From contig OY969801.1 of assembly GCA_963703225.1 (NCBI GenBank), forward strand, positions 992,001 to 1,056,000: a stretch of 64,000 nucleotides of DNA, in the 5' to 3' direction. The notes under the pieces are model-generated. The model saw only the letters and a list, made by a program, of their open reading frames with translations, was not told where the DNA came from and searched no databases. Source of the DNA: Candidatus Eiseniibacteriota bacterium. Its GTDB lineage: Bacteria > Eisenbacteria > RBG-16-71-46 > SZUA-252. Positions 27,742 to 37,994 of this stretch are shown here, one piece after another (position 1 is the stretch's first letter; every line of letters starts with the position of its first letter). Made by a program: the position numbers and the translations under genes.

Positions 27742-29823
27742 ATGAGCCTCGCGGCCCCACACATTGACGCCCCGGCCCTGGCCAGCGTCCTTTCCGAGAT
27801 CGCCGATATCGCGTCGGAGACGCTCGAACTCCAAGCGGTCTTCGATCGGGTGGCGACCGCCGTGCGCCGGATCATCCCACTCGACAACATGGGCGTCGTC
27901 CAGGTCGTGGATGGGGAGCGGGCCCTTCTCCACGCGGCGACGGTTCCGTGCATCGAGCCGAGCGGAAAGAGCTACGAGATGCCGCTGACCGATTGGTCGC
28001 CGCGGTGGCGGCCCCACCCGAGGCCTTACCCTAGGATTGACGACGCGGGATCGGAGCTAGACCCGGCGTTTCCGATGGACGCGGAGCTGTTGAAGGGTGG
28101 GGTGGGATCCGCGATGTGGGAGCCATTCCGGTGTGGGAATTCGTTCGTAGGAGGGGTCTGGGTCTGCTCCAAGACGACCCACGCGTTTGGCGACGAGCAT
28201 CAGGAAGCGCTCAAGCCGATCGCGGCACTCCTCGGTTCGGCGGTCGAGCACTGGCAAATCTGGAACGCGGAACGCCGCCGCCGGGAACGGCTGGACACCC
28301 TCGAGGTGGCCCTGGGCGCCCTGGCGGAGTCGCTCGACGTGCGCGAAGTGTTCGAGCGCCTCTCGAACGGGATCCGGACGGTCCTACCCCACGATCTGCT
28401 CTATCTGGGCAGCCTCGACGAGCGTGCCCGTACCGTCACGGTGATCGCGACTGCCGGAGAGGCCGACATACCAACGGCCCCCGGACCATTTGTCCTGACG
28501 GAGCAGGAAGCGGCGCGGCGCGAGCTTGACATCGACATCCTCCAGGACATTCCGGCCCAGATCAAGCCCACGACGGAACGCAATCGGGTTCTGTTGTCCA
28601 TGGGCATGCGGTCATGGCTCAAGGCAACCGTGCGACTCTCGGGACAGGTCCAGGGGAGCATCGGGTTCTTCCACCGCGAGGCCCGGCGTTACAGTGAGAA
28701 CGATGGCGAGATCGCCCGCCGCATCGCCGACCGTATCGCCCTGGTGCTATCGCACCAGCAGCTCGCCGAGGAGGCTCAGATCGCCGCGGAGTCGCGGGAG
28801 CGGGCGGAGCGGCTCGAGGCGACGGTTGAGACCCTCATGCTGGAAGTCGCGTCCCGGGGCAGGGGGCGGATCATCGGGGTCTCGCCTACGTGGAAGGATG
28901 CGATGATTGCGGTGGGGCGCGTGGCGTCCTCCGACACGACCGTGCTCATCACGGGAGAGTCCGGGACCGGCAAGGAAGTGATCTCGAACCTCATCCACCA
29001 AGGCTCATCGCGTGCCGGTAAGCCGTTCGTCGCGATCAACTGCGCGGCGCTGCCCGAGCAGCTTCTCGAGTCGGAGCTGTTCGGACACGAGAAGGGAGCA
29101 TTTACCGGGGCGATCGCGTCAAAGATCGGCAGACTTGAGCAGGCCGCCGGCGGGACTCTGTTTCTCGATGAGATTGCCGAAATGAGCCCGCAGGTGCAGG
29201 CCAAGTTCTTGCGAGTCCTCGAGCAACGCGAGTTTCAGCGCGTGGGTGGGAACCGCACCATTAAGGCCGACGTGCGGGTCATCGCGGCGACGAACCGCGA
29301 CCTGTCGGCGGCGATCACTCGTCAGACTTTTCGCGAGGATCTGTATTACCGCCTCAACGTGTTTCAGATCCACATCGCGCCCCTGCGCGAGCGGCCCGAG
29401 GATATTCTGCCCCTTGCCGAAGCGTTCCGTGAAGACTTGGGCAGGACGATGGGGCGGCCTGCCGCAGGAATCTCAAAGGACGCGCGCGGATGGCTGTTGA
29501 GCTACCCGTGGCCGGGGAACGTCCGCGAGTTGCGTAACGCGATCGAGCGGGCGATATTGATGTGTGACGGTGGCTTGATCACTCGAGACCATCTTCCCTC
29601 GGCAGTAGCCCGCCCCGAAGTGGCACCGAGACCCGGCACGAACCACTCCCCAAAGATCGTCGCGCTCCCCCCCTCGGGCGGTATGAATCTCGGAGACGTG
29701 GAGCGGGGCCTGGTCGAGAAGGCCCTGGACCAGGCCAAGGGCAATAAGTCCAGGGCCGCCCGCCTGCTTGGCCTGACGCGCGCCCAGCTCTACTCGCGAA
29801 TCGAAAAGTACGGAGTCCAATAG
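27742..29823 (+). CDS. sigma54-dependent activator (GAF-GAF-AAA+-Fis HTH)
   Basis: GESGTGKE, ESELFGHEKGAFTGA, LFLDEI, WPGNVREL and C-terminal NKSRAARLLG. Two GAF-like N-terminal blocks. Confidence 0.93.
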   Translation: MSLAAPHIDAPALASVLSEIADIASETLELQAVFDRVATAVRRIIPLDNMGVVQVVDGERALLHAATVPCIEPSGKSYEMPLTDWSPRWRPHPRPYPRIDDAGSELDPAFPMDAELLKGGVGSAMWEPFRCGNSFVGGVWVCSKTTHAFGDEHQEALKPIAALLGSAVEHWQIWNAERRRRERLDTLEVALGALAESLDVREVFERLSNGIRTVLPHDLLYLGSLDERARTVTVIATAGEADIPTAPGPFVLTEQEAARRELDIDILQDIPAQIKPTTERNRVLLSMGMRSWLKATVRLSGQVQGSIGFFHREARRYSENDGEIARRIADRIALVLSHQQLAEEAQIAAESRERAERLEATVETLMLEVASRGRGRIIGVSPTWKDAMIAVGRVASSDTTVLITGESGTGKEVISNLIHQGSSRAGKPFVAINCAALPEQLLESELFGHEKGAFTGAIASKIGRLEQAAGGTLFLDEIAEMSPQVQAKFLRVLEQREFQRVGGNRTIKADVRVIAATNRDLSAAITRQTFREDLYYRLNVFQIHIAPLRERPEDILPLAEAFREDLGRTMGRPAAGISKDARGWLLSYPWPGNVRELRNAIERAILMCDGGLITRDHLPSAVARPEVAPRPGTNHSPKIVALPPSGGMNLGDVERGLVEKALDQAKGNKSRAARLLGLTRAQLYSRIEKYGVQ

Positions 29824-29854
29824 CCGGTTCGGCGGCGATGCTCTGTGAGTCGCT

Positions 29855-30005
29855 TGCGGAGAAAGCGACAGCCTGTCGATCCGCCCGCAACGAACGCGGC
29901 CCTCTCCTCATCCTCACAGCCCGACCTTCTCCGCCTCAACTTCCGCAAATGCAAACGAGTATCTACAGCCGCGCGCGTCCGCTGACCGGTTGGCACGCTG
30001 CTTGA
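29855..30005 (+). promoter_or_regulatory. sigma54 promoter plus upstream activator sites
   Basis: TGGCACGCTGCTTGA at 29991. Tandem TG(T/C)-N10-(A/G)CA sites at 29855-29870 and 29874-29889. Confidence 0.65.
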
Positions 30006-30098
30006 GTATCGGTCGACGAGAGGATGCGATGTGCGGTACGCCGGACGCAACCGGCGCTCGGCGCCGCACCGTCGCGGACACCTCTGGGGAGGAACGCC

Positions 30099-30743
30099 AT
30101 GAAGATCAGTAGAAGGAACACGCGCGCCGCCATCGGGGCAGCACTTGCCTCGCTCTTCATCGCCAGCGCGGCATTGGCCGCGGGGGACGAGGAGTCTTTC
30201 GGATCCCGGACTGAAGTCTCGCTCATGGGGGGGATCCAGGCCCTGAACGAGAACGACACCGCGCTCCCGGACCAGTTCATTAACATCCCCGCTGTCGCGA
30301 CGGTGACGTACCGCTTCACGGGCAGGCTGGCCGCTGAAGGAGAGTTCACGTGGATGATACCGGTCGAGCAGAGCGTCGACGTGGGCTCGGGGGCGAGCCA
30401 GGACATGAAGACACCGGACATTCTCGCGTATCAGGCTAATCTGCGAGCCGACTTCCCGCTGGCCGCCTGGAGCCCCTATCTGGTGGCGGGTGCGGGAGCC
30501 GTCACGTTTCTGTCCAACACCGATGCGAATCGGGTACCGCAGCTCGCCGAGTCGCAAACGGCGTTCGCGATCAACTTCGGAGCGGGCGTCGCGTACAGGC
30601 TGAACGGGCGCTGGGGACTGCGCGCCGATGTCCGCGAACTCGTGGCGTTTCCGTCCGACGGCACCGCCGGTCTTTCGGACACCCAAGGCGCGGACGAGAT
30701 CTGGATGGAGCGTGGCACGGCCGGCCTCTCGTACAGCTTCTAA
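30099..30743 (+). CDS. Outer-membrane beta-barrel protein (OmpA-like TM fold)
   Basis: Signal peptide, SPYLVAGAG, NFGAGVAY and C-terminal GLSYSF. GGAGG RBS. Confidence 0.85.
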   Translation: MKISRRNTRAAIGAALASLFIASAALAAGDEESFGSRTEVSLMGGIQALNENDTALPDQFINIPAVATVTYRFTGRLAAEGEFTWMIPVEQSVDVGSGASQDMKTPDILAYQANLRADFPLAAWSPYLVAGAGAVTFLSNTDANRVPQLAESQTAFAINFGAGVAYRLNGRWGLRADVRELVAFPSDGTAGLSDTQGADEIWMERGTAGLSYSF

Positions 30744-30872
30744 GTCCTCCCGCATTCCGCTCCACTAGTCCCACCCAGTAGCCCCCTCCAGACGCCGGGC
30801 CTCCGGGCCCGGCGTCGACCCGGCGGTCGCTTAGACGACTCGATCTCCGCGTCAAACCCCGGCTGACGATCC

Positions 30873-31023
30873 CGCGCATGAATCGACGTTCTGTCGATTT
30901 TCCTACATCGAGCTCGAGCTCCATCGCTTCCGCTCCGCCTCGCCCATTTCGCGCCAACTTCGGCGCGCGCAAAGAGATCGGGCCACATCAGGTCACATGG
31001 TGCCCACTTGGCACGTCTCTTGA
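30873..31023 (+). promoter_or_regulatory. sigma54 promoter plus upstream activator sites
   Basis: TGGCACGTCTCTTGA at 31009. TGT-N10-ACA at 30892-30907, at the same distance from the promoter as in the 29991 promoter. Confidence 0.65.
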
Positions 31024-31051
31024 GATAGGGGTCCAGCGAGAGGAGAACAAC

Positions 31052-31288
31052 ATGAGTCAACTACATGTCGAACGAATCATCGGAGTTTTGGCGACCGATG
31101 AGGCACTGCGCCGACGGTTCGCCGCGGATCCCGTAGCAACGCTGCACGAGCTGGCCGAACGCGGCATCGAGCTGACGTCCTTCGAGCTGGGGTCACTCGC
31201 ATGCCTCGATCCTCACGAATTGGAGCGCTTCGCCAGAGCCATCGACGCGAGGCTCCAGAAAATCGATCTTCGACGAGGTGCCACATGA
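31052..31288 (+). CDS. Small NHLP-leader-like protein (Os1348-like)
   Basis: MSQ..VERIIG.LATDEALRRRF..DP...L....G.ELT..E...L pattern. GAGGAG RBS. 78 aa. Confidence 0.7.
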   Translation: MSQLHVERIIGVLATDEALRRRFAADPVATLHELAERGIELTSFELGSLACLDPHELERFARAIDARLQKIDLRRGAT

Positions 31289-32850
31289 AGCTCACAACGT
31301 TGAAACGAATTCTCGTGGCTGCGTCTCTCTTGACGCTGGCTTTACCGGTGAGGGTCGCGATCGGCGACGAGCACCCTATGACGCTGAACGAGGCGATCAA
31401 TTTGGCGCTACAGAAGAACGAGGGCCTCCTGATCCAGCGGGAGTCACTCGCCGCGGCCAAGGCGACCGTCAGCGGCGCCAAGGGCGCCTACGACCCCCTG
31501 CTTCAGTTGGACGGGGCTTGGTGGAGGTCCAAGTACCCTGAGAACGTTTCGCCCACAGGCGCCCCGTCAGATCAGATCGCGCCGGAGATCAAGTCGGCCG
31601 AGGCGGGTCTGTCCATTCAGCAGCTCCTCCCAACCGGCGGCGAGCTGTCGCTCCGGTCGAGGGGCTCGCGCGGGACCACGGACGGGATCTACGCCCGACT
31701 CTCGCCCGCCTACCGCACAGCGGTGGGCGTCGAGCTGCGGCAGCCACTCCTGCGCGATCGGTCGATCGACGCGGCGCGGCTCTCGGTGCGCGTGGCCACA
31801 TCCGGACACCAATCAGCCGCCGCCTCGCTGCGGAGCGCGCTGAACGAGACGGTCTCGGCGGTCGAGCGGGCCTACTGGGTGTTGGTGGCAGTCAGGCTGG
31901 GCGTTGAAGTACGAGAGGAGGCGGTACGACTCGCGGAGGAGCAGCTCGGCGAGACGCGCATTCGCGTGGAGGGCGGCGCGGTGCCGGAGACCGAGCTGGC
32001 GCAGCCACGTGCGGAGTTGGAACGGCGACGCGGCGACCTGCTCGAGGAGCGAGAGAGGGTCGCGCGGGCGGAGAACACCCTCAAGCTTCTGATCCTCGGC
32101 GACAACGACGAGGTCTTGTGGCAGTCGCAGATCGCTCCGGCCGATAGCATGGCGACCCCGGTCCTTCCCGTAAATATCCCTTCGGCGCTGCAGAGGGCGC
32201 TTTCGGCGCGTCCCGAGCTCGACACGGGCAAGGCCCTCGTGGATCAACGAAGGGCGGAGACCGCTTTCGCCAAGAACGGAGTTTGGCCGGCGCTCGATGC
32301 GGTCTTCTCCTACGACAGGTACGGCCTCGCGGGCTCACTCAACCCCTCTGGTCCGGGAGGCACTCTGCCACCCAAGCTGGACGGAGATCTAAGCCAGTCC
32401 TTCGAGACGCTCGGCGACGGCGACTTCGACGCCGCCCGCGTGGCGGTGGTGCTCGGATTCCCGATCCGCAATCGCACGGCGAGGGCCGCGGCGGACGTGG
32501 CACACCATGTCGAACGGCAGGCCGAGGCGGATCTGGAGGGGATCCGCAAATCGATTCGGGCCGAGGTCCTCGACGCGGCCGCCGGACTCGAGACCGCGGG
32601 ACAGAGGATCGAGTCGACCCGCGCCGGTCGGGAGGCGGCGGAGGTCCAGCTCTCGGCCGAACGGGACCGGTATGCGACGGGGCTATCCACCAATTTCCTC
32701 GTGCTGACACGCCAGAACGATCTCTCCCGCGCCCGGTTGGATGAGATCTCGGCTCTCACCGACTACCGAATGGCGCGCTCCGAGATGTCCCGCGCCACTG
32801 GGTTGCTAGTGGAAGAGCACGGAATCAACGTCGACGGAACGAGACGATAA
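31285..32850 (+). CDS. TolC family outer-membrane efflux protein
   Basis: MTLNEAINLALQKN, LRQPLLR, AYW, RPEL and GLSTNFLVL..Q. ATGA overlap with the upstream ORF. Confidence 0.9.
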   Translation: MKLTTLKRILVAASLLTLALPVRVAIGDEHPMTLNEAINLALQKNEGLLIQRESLAAAKATVSGAKGAYDPLLQLDGAWWRSKYPENVSPTGAPSDQIAPEIKSAEAGLSIQQLLPTGGELSLRSRGSRGTTDGIYARLSPAYRTAVGVELRQPLLRDRSIDAARLSVRVATSGHQSAAASLRSALNETVSAVERAYWVLVAVRLGVEVREEAVRLAEEQLGETRIRVEGGAVPETELAQPRAELERRRGDLLEERERVARAENTLKLLILGDNDEVLWQSQIAPADSMATPVLPVNIPSALQRALSARPELDTGKALVDQRRAETAFAKNGVWPALDAVFSYDRYGLAGSLNPSGPGGTLPPKLDGDLSQSFETLGDGDFDAARVAVVLGFPIRNRTARAAADVAHHVERQAEADLEGIRKSIRAEVLDAAAGLETAGQRIESTRAGREAAEVQLSAERDRYATGLSTNFLVLTRQNDLSRARLDEISALTDYRMARSEMSRATGLLVEEHGINVDGTRR

Positions 32851-32863
32851 GGAGGAATGGGTC

Positions 32864-33985
32864 ATGAAGAAGAGAATGATTCTCGTGGTATCCGCGATGG
32901 TCGTGCTGGTCGCCGGCCTAGGTTTTGTGAAGTTCCAACAGATTCGCATGGCGATGGCTCAGGGGGGCTGGCAGCCGCCTCCCGAGGCCGTCACCACGAT
33001 CGCCGCGCGCCAGGAGCAGTGGCCCGCGACCGCGAGCGTCATCGGGACGGTGGTGGCCGTTCAGGGCGTCACCGTGAGCGCGGACTTGCCCGGCATCGTC
33101 CAGGAGATCGCCTTCGAATCCGGAAAGGGAGTCCTGGCGGGAGAGGTGCTGGTGAGGCTCGACGTGAGCCAGGAACGGGCCCAGTTGGCCGCGGCCGATG
33201 CTCAACGCGAGCTCGCCCGTCTCAACCTCGACCGTATGAGCCGTCTGCTGGAGAAGAAGGTCGTCTCGCAGGCGGAGTTCGACCGGGTCACGGCCGAATC
33301 CAAGCAAGCGGAGGCGAGAGCGGGCGAAATCCGGGCCATCATTGACCGAAAGCAGATCCGGGCGCCGTTTACCGGGGTTCTGGGCATCCGCCAGATCAAT
33401 CTGGGCCAGTACCTGACGGCGGGGGATCCGATCGTCCCACTACAGTCGTTGGATCCGGTCTACGTGAACTTCTCCGTGCCGCAGCATGAGCTTGGCGGAT
33501 TGAAGGTCGGCGCCACCGTGAATGTGGCGGCCGAGAGCGTCGCGGTCATCGCCGCCGGCAGGGTCACGGCCATCAACTCCGTAGTGGACGAGGCGACCCG
33601 AAACGTCCAGATCCAGGCCGTCTTCCGCAATCCGTATGGCAGGCTGCGGCCCGGCATGTTCGTGGAGGTGGAAGCGCGGCTTGGGACCGGCTCCTCCGTG
33701 GTCGCGCTCCCGGCCTCGGCGGTCAGTTACGCGCCGTACGGCAATTCGGTCTTCGTCGTGGGCGACCTCAAGGGGCCGAACGGCAAGACCTACCGTGGTG
33801 TGGAGCAGCGCTTCGTCAAGCTGGGCGGCAGCCGCGGCGACCAGGTCGCGGTCGTGTCCGGCCTCAAGACGGGCGAAGAGGTCGTGACCTCCGGAGTCTT
33901 CAAACTTCGGAACGGCGCGTCCGTCGTGGTCAACAACGAGATCCGGCCGGGGAATGATCCCGCGCCGAAGCCGGAGGACAGCTGA
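32864..33985 (+). CDS. RND efflux periplasmic adaptor (membrane fusion protein)
   Basis: N-terminal TM, IRAPFTGVLG, LRPGMFV and SGLKTGEEVVTSG. Confidence 0.93.
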   Translation: MKKRMILVVSAMVVLVAGLGFVKFQQIRMAMAQGGWQPPPEAVTTIAARQEQWPATASVIGTVVAVQGVTVSADLPGIVQEIAFESGKGVLAGEVLVRLDVSQERAQLAAADAQRELARLNLDRMSRLLEKKVVSQAEFDRVTAESKQAEARAGEIRAIIDRKQIRAPFTGVLGIRQINLGQYLTAGDPIVPLQSLDPVYVNFSVPQHELGGLKVGATVNVAAESVAVIAAGRVTAINSVVDEATRNVQIQAVFRNPYGRLRPGMFVEVEARLGTGSSVVALPASAVSYAPYGNSVFVVGDLKGPNGKTYRGVEQRFVKLGGSRGDQVAVVSGLKTGEEVVTSGVFKLRNGASVVVNNEIRPGNDPAPKPEDS

Positions 33986-36900
33986 TGAAATTCACCGACC
34001 TATTCATTCGGCGACCGGTACTGGCGATGGTCGTCAGCTTGGTCATCCTGATCGCCGGCCTCCAGTCGATCCGCTCGCTCAGCGTGCGCCAGTACCCTCG
34101 CAGCGATATCGCGATTGTCAGGGTGACAACGGCGTACGTCGGCGCCAATGCCGACCTGGTGCGCGGGTTCATCACGACACCCTTGGAGCGCGTGATCGCG
34201 AGCGCCGACGGCATCGACTACATGGAGTCGTCCAGTGCCCAAGGTGTGAGCACGATCACCATACACCTGAAGCTCAACTACGACACGAACGCCGCCCTCA
34301 CTCAGGTTCAGGCGAAGGTGGCGCAGGTGCGGAATGACCTTCCCCCGGAGGCTCAGGCGCCGATCATCGAGCTGGAAACGGCAGACAACCAATTCGCGGC
34401 GATGTATCTCGGCTTCGCCTCGAACGACCTCGATCAGAACCAGATCACCGACTACCTGATGCGCGTCGTGCAGCCCAAGCTGAGCTCGATCGACGGGGTG
34501 CAGCGGGCCGAGATCCTCGGCGGCCGCACCTTCGCGATGCGGGTTTGGCTCAAGCCCGAGAAGATGGCGGCCATGGGCATTTCAGCGTCCCAGGTGCACG
34601 ACGCGCTCGCCGATAACAACTACCTCTCCACGCTGGGTCAGACGAAGGGGTCGATGGTGTCGGTGAACCTGGTCGCCAACACCGATTTGAAGACTGCCGA
34701 TGAGTTCCGTCGCCTCGTCGTCAAGGAGGACAAGGGCACCGTCGTTCGGCTCGGCGATATCGCGGACGTCGTGCTGGGCGCCGAGAATTACGAGCAAGAT
34801 GTGCGGTTCGACGGCCAGGGCGCGGTCTTCATGGGCGTCTGGGTGCTCCCGACCGCCAATACGCTGGAAGTGATTCGACGAGTGCGGGAGGCGATGCCCG
34901 GCATTCAGGCGCAGCTCCCCGCGGGAATGAAGGCCGGGATTCCCTACGATTCGACGGAGTACATCGAGAGCGCCATCCGCGAGGTACTCAAAACCCTTTC
35001 CGAGACGCTGCTCATCGTCATTCTCGTCATCTTCCTCTTCCTCGGCTCGGTGCGCGCGGTGATCATCCCGGTTGTGGCGATTCCGATCTCGCTGATCGGG
35101 GCGGTCTTCCTGATGATGGCCGCCGGGTTCACCATTAATCTGCTCACCCTGCTTGCGATCGTGCTCTCGGTGGGGCTCGTGGTGGACGACGCGATCGTGA
35201 TGGTCGAGAACGTCGAGCGCCATCTGCGTCTCGGGGTTGGCCCCTTCCGTGCGGCGATCGAGGCGGCCCGCGAGTTGATCGGCCCGATCATCGCCATGAC
35301 GCTCACGTTGGCCGCGGTCTATACCCCCGTGGCGATCCAGGGTGGCCTAACGGGATCCCTATTCCGGGAGTTCGCGTTCACGCTCGCGGGGGCGGTCATT
35401 GTCTCCGGAATTGTGGCGCTCACGTTGTCGCCGATGATGGGATCGAAGCTGCTCCGCGCGGGAGATACCGAACGGGGCTTCGCGGGGTGGATCAATCGAC
35501 GCTTCGACGGCGTTCGCGACGCGTACAAGACAGCCCTCTCGGGATCGCTCCAATACCGATCCGCCGTCTATGTCGTATGGGCGGTCGTTGTGGCGTTGAT
35601 CATCCCGTTCTACATGTTCTCCATGCGTGAGCTGGCGCCGAACGAGGATCAGAGCGTGGTCTTCGGAATCATCCAGGCGGCACCAAACTCCACCCTCGAC
35701 CAGACCAAGCTCTATGCGTCGCAGGTGGAGCGTGTCTACCGCTCGTTCCCGGAGTACAAGAACACCTTCCAGCTCGTGTCTCCGACCGGTGGCTTCGGAG
35801 GGATGGTCACCAAGCCTTGGAGCGACCGAAAGAAGACCGCGTCACAGCTCCAGGTCGAATCCTCCTTCGGCCTCTCGAAGATCCCCGGGATTCGCGTCAT
35901 CTCCCTCATTCCCCCCGCGCTGCCCGGAGGCGGTGATTTCCCGGTCGATTTCGTCATCGCTTCGACGGCTGAGCCGGAACGGCTCGTGGATTTCGCCAAC
36001 CAGCTTGTCGGAAGGGCGTTTGGGAGCGGTCTGTTCATGTTCGCCGACGCAGACCTCAAGTATGACCAGCCTCAGGCGAATGTCGTCTTCAACCGCGACA
36101 AGGTTCGCTCCCAGGGAGTCGAGATGAGTGAAGCGGGGAAGGATCTCTCGACGCTTCTGGGCGGAAACTACGTCAACCGCTTCAGCATCCAGGGACGCAG
36201 CTACAAAGTGATCCCGCAAGTAAAGCGAAGCGAGCGACTCACGCCGGACCAGCTCAAAGATATCTACGTCACCGGGACCGGCGGTCGGCTCGTACCCCTG
36301 TCGACATTCGCCACTCTAAGGACGTCGACGGAGCCGCGGGAGCTTAAGCGGTTCCAGCAGCTCAACGCCGTGCGCATCCAGGGCGTCATCCCGCCAGGGG
36401 TGTCGCTGGATCAGGCGCTTAGTTTCTTGGAGAACGAGGCGAAGGGGATACTTCCCACGGGGTTCACGATCGACTACGCGGGTGAGTCGCGACAACTCCG
36501 CACCGAAGGCAGCCGGTTTCTCGGCATCTTTCTCCTATCCGCGGTCCTGATCTTCCTGGTGCTCGCGGCTCAGTTCGAGAGCTTCCGGGATCCCTTCGTC
36601 ATCCTCGCGGGCTCGGCGCCACTGGCGATCTCCGGCGCCTTGCTCTTCTCCTTCTTGGGCTTCACGACGATGAACATCTACAGCCAGGTGGGGCTCATCA
36701 CGCTGGTTGGGCTCGTGGCGAAGAACGGCATCCTCATCGTTCAGTTCGCGAACCACCTGCGGGAATCGGGCATGGACAAGCTCCGAGCGGTCATCGAGGC
36801 GGCGGGGACGCGGCTGCGGCCCATCCTCATGACCACCGCGGCCACGGTGTTCGGCCACCTCCCCCTGGTCTTTGCCAGCGGTCCGGGAGCCGGAGCGCGC

Positions 36901-37074
36901 AACAGCATCGGCATCACCCTGGTCAGCGGCATGATCATCGGCACCTTCTTTACGCTCTTCATCGTGCCGTCCGTCTACATGCTCGTAGCCGGCGCGCACA
37001 AGCGTGTCGCCGTGCGTGAAGAGGCGCGCGAGACGGAGGCGCCCATCGCGGAGGCCGTGCCAGGCGCGGCGTAG
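33985..37074 (+). CDS. RND efflux permease (AcrB/MexW-like)
   Basis: FIRRPVLA, GLVVDDAIVMVEN, ALTLSPMM, AKNGILIV and RLRPILMT. 1029 aa. Confidence 0.96.
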   Translation: MKFTDLFIRRPVLAMVVSLVILIAGLQSIRSLSVRQYPRSDIAIVRVTTAYVGANADLVRGFITTPLERVIASADGIDYMESSSAQGVSTITIHLKLNYDTNAALTQVQAKVAQVRNDLPPEAQAPIIELETADNQFAAMYLGFASNDLDQNQITDYLMRVVQPKLSSIDGVQRAEILGGRTFAMRVWLKPEKMAAMGISASQVHDALADNNYLSTLGQTKGSMVSVNLVANTDLKTADEFRRLVVKEDKGTVVRLGDIADVVLGAENYEQDVRFDGQGAVFMGVWVLPTANTLEVIRRVREAMPGIQAQLPAGMKAGIPYDSTEYIESAIREVLKTLSETLLIVILVIFLFLGSVRAVIIPVVAIPISLIGAVFLMMAAGFTINLLTLLAIVLSVGLVVDDAIVMVENVERHLRLGVGPFRAAIEAARELIGPIIAMTLTLAAVYTPVAIQGGLTGSLFREFAFTLAGAVIVSGIVALTLSPMMGSKLLRAGDTERGFAGWINRRFDGVRDAYKTALSGSLQYRSAVYVVWAVVVALIIPFYMFSMRELAPNEDQSVVFGIIQAAPNSTLDQTKLYASQVERVYRSFPEYKNTFQLVSPTGGFGGMVTKPWSDRKKTASQLQVESSFGLSKIPGIRVISLIPPALPGGGDFPVDFVIASTAEPERLVDFANQLVGRAFGSGLFMFADADLKYDQPQANVVFNRDKVRSQGVEMSEAGKDLSTLLGGNYVNRFSIQGRSYKVIPQVKRSERLTPDQLKDIYVTGTGGRLVPLSTFATLRTSTEPRELKRFQQLNAVRIQGVIPPGVSLDQALSFLENEAKGILPTGFTIDYAGESRQLRTEGSRFLGIFLLSAVLIFLVLAAQFESFRDPFVILAGSAPLAISGALLFSFLGFTTMNIYSQVGLITLVGLVAKNGILIVQFANHLRESGMDKLRAVIEAAGTRLRPILMTTAATVFGHLPLVFASGPGAGARNSIGITLVSGMIIGTFFTLFIVPSVYMLVAGAHKRVAVREEARETEAPIAEAVPGAA

Positions 37075-37188
37075 GAGCGTCAACGCGCTCCCGCGCGGCT
37101 CGGGTGACGCTGGCCGCGTGCCCGAGTGTCGAGCCCGATTGCCGGGCTCGGCGAAGTTCCACCGGCCGTGGGTAAGGAGGACTGAGCC

Positions 37189-37920
37189 ATGTTTGACATT
37201 CTTGGCACGATCGCACTCACATCGATCGCGGTCCTGCTCGTCGGCGCCCTGATTCTCGCCGGCGAACGGGATGGGGAGAGGCGGAGCCTTCTCGCGCTGC
37301 TCGCCGTAGCATGGTTCGTCGGGATCGTCGGTCTCGCGGCCAGGGGAGTCTTCTCGAGGCCGACGGGAATCGGCACCCCGGCGATCGGCGCGGCCGTGGT
37401 GGCTCCGATCCTCGTGGGCTTGATCGCCTTCGCCCGCTCACGCTCGGCGCGGACGTTCGCGCTTGGCATCCCGCTGACGGTGCTAGTCGGCGTGCACGCG
37501 GGTCGGCTCCTCGGAACCTTCTTCCTGGCGCTTCATGCAGCGGGGCGGCTGCCTCCAACGTTCGCGCTGACCGCCGGGTGGGGAGACATTCTCGTGGGGG
37601 CGCTCGCCGTGCCGCTAGCCTGGACGATTCATCGACGTTCGCGTGGCTGGCGTGGCCTGGCGTTGGCCTGGAACACAATGGCGCTCCTTGACCTTGTGAC
37701 GGCGGTTTCCCTCGGTGTGGGCTCGGCGCCGGACTCCCCGGTGCGATTCATATTTGAGAGTCCGAACTCGGGCGTGCTGGGGACATTGCCCTGGGTACTG
37801 ATCCCGGCCTTTATGGTGCCGCTTTACATGCTGACACACGCGGCCATCTTCGCGCAGCTCGCCGTGGGCGCGACCAATGAGGGCCGGTTGCCGGTGCGGA
37901 GCGGACTCCCGTGCCTCTAA
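37189..37920 (+). CDS. Hypothetical polytopic membrane protein
   Basis: About 7 hydrophobic segments, FALTAGWGD and PWVLIPAFMVP. AAGGAGG RBS. Confidence 0.75.
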   Translation: MFDILGTIALTSIAVLLVGALILAGERDGERRSLLALLAVAWFVGIVGLAARGVFSRPTGIGTPAIGAAVVAPILVGLIAFARSRSARTFALGIPLTVLVGVHAGRLLGTFFLALHAAGRLPPTFALTAGWGDILVGALAVPLAWTIHRRSRGWRGLALAWNTMALLDLVTAVSLGVGSAPDSPVRFIFESPNSGVLGTLPWVLIPAFMVPLYMLTHAAIFAQLAVGATNEGRLPVRSGLPCL

Positions 37921-37994
37921 GCCCGCGGTAATCGCGACGAGGACGTGGCCAGACGGACCCATGGTGGCGGGTCGACACAAAGGAGATCCCTGAC

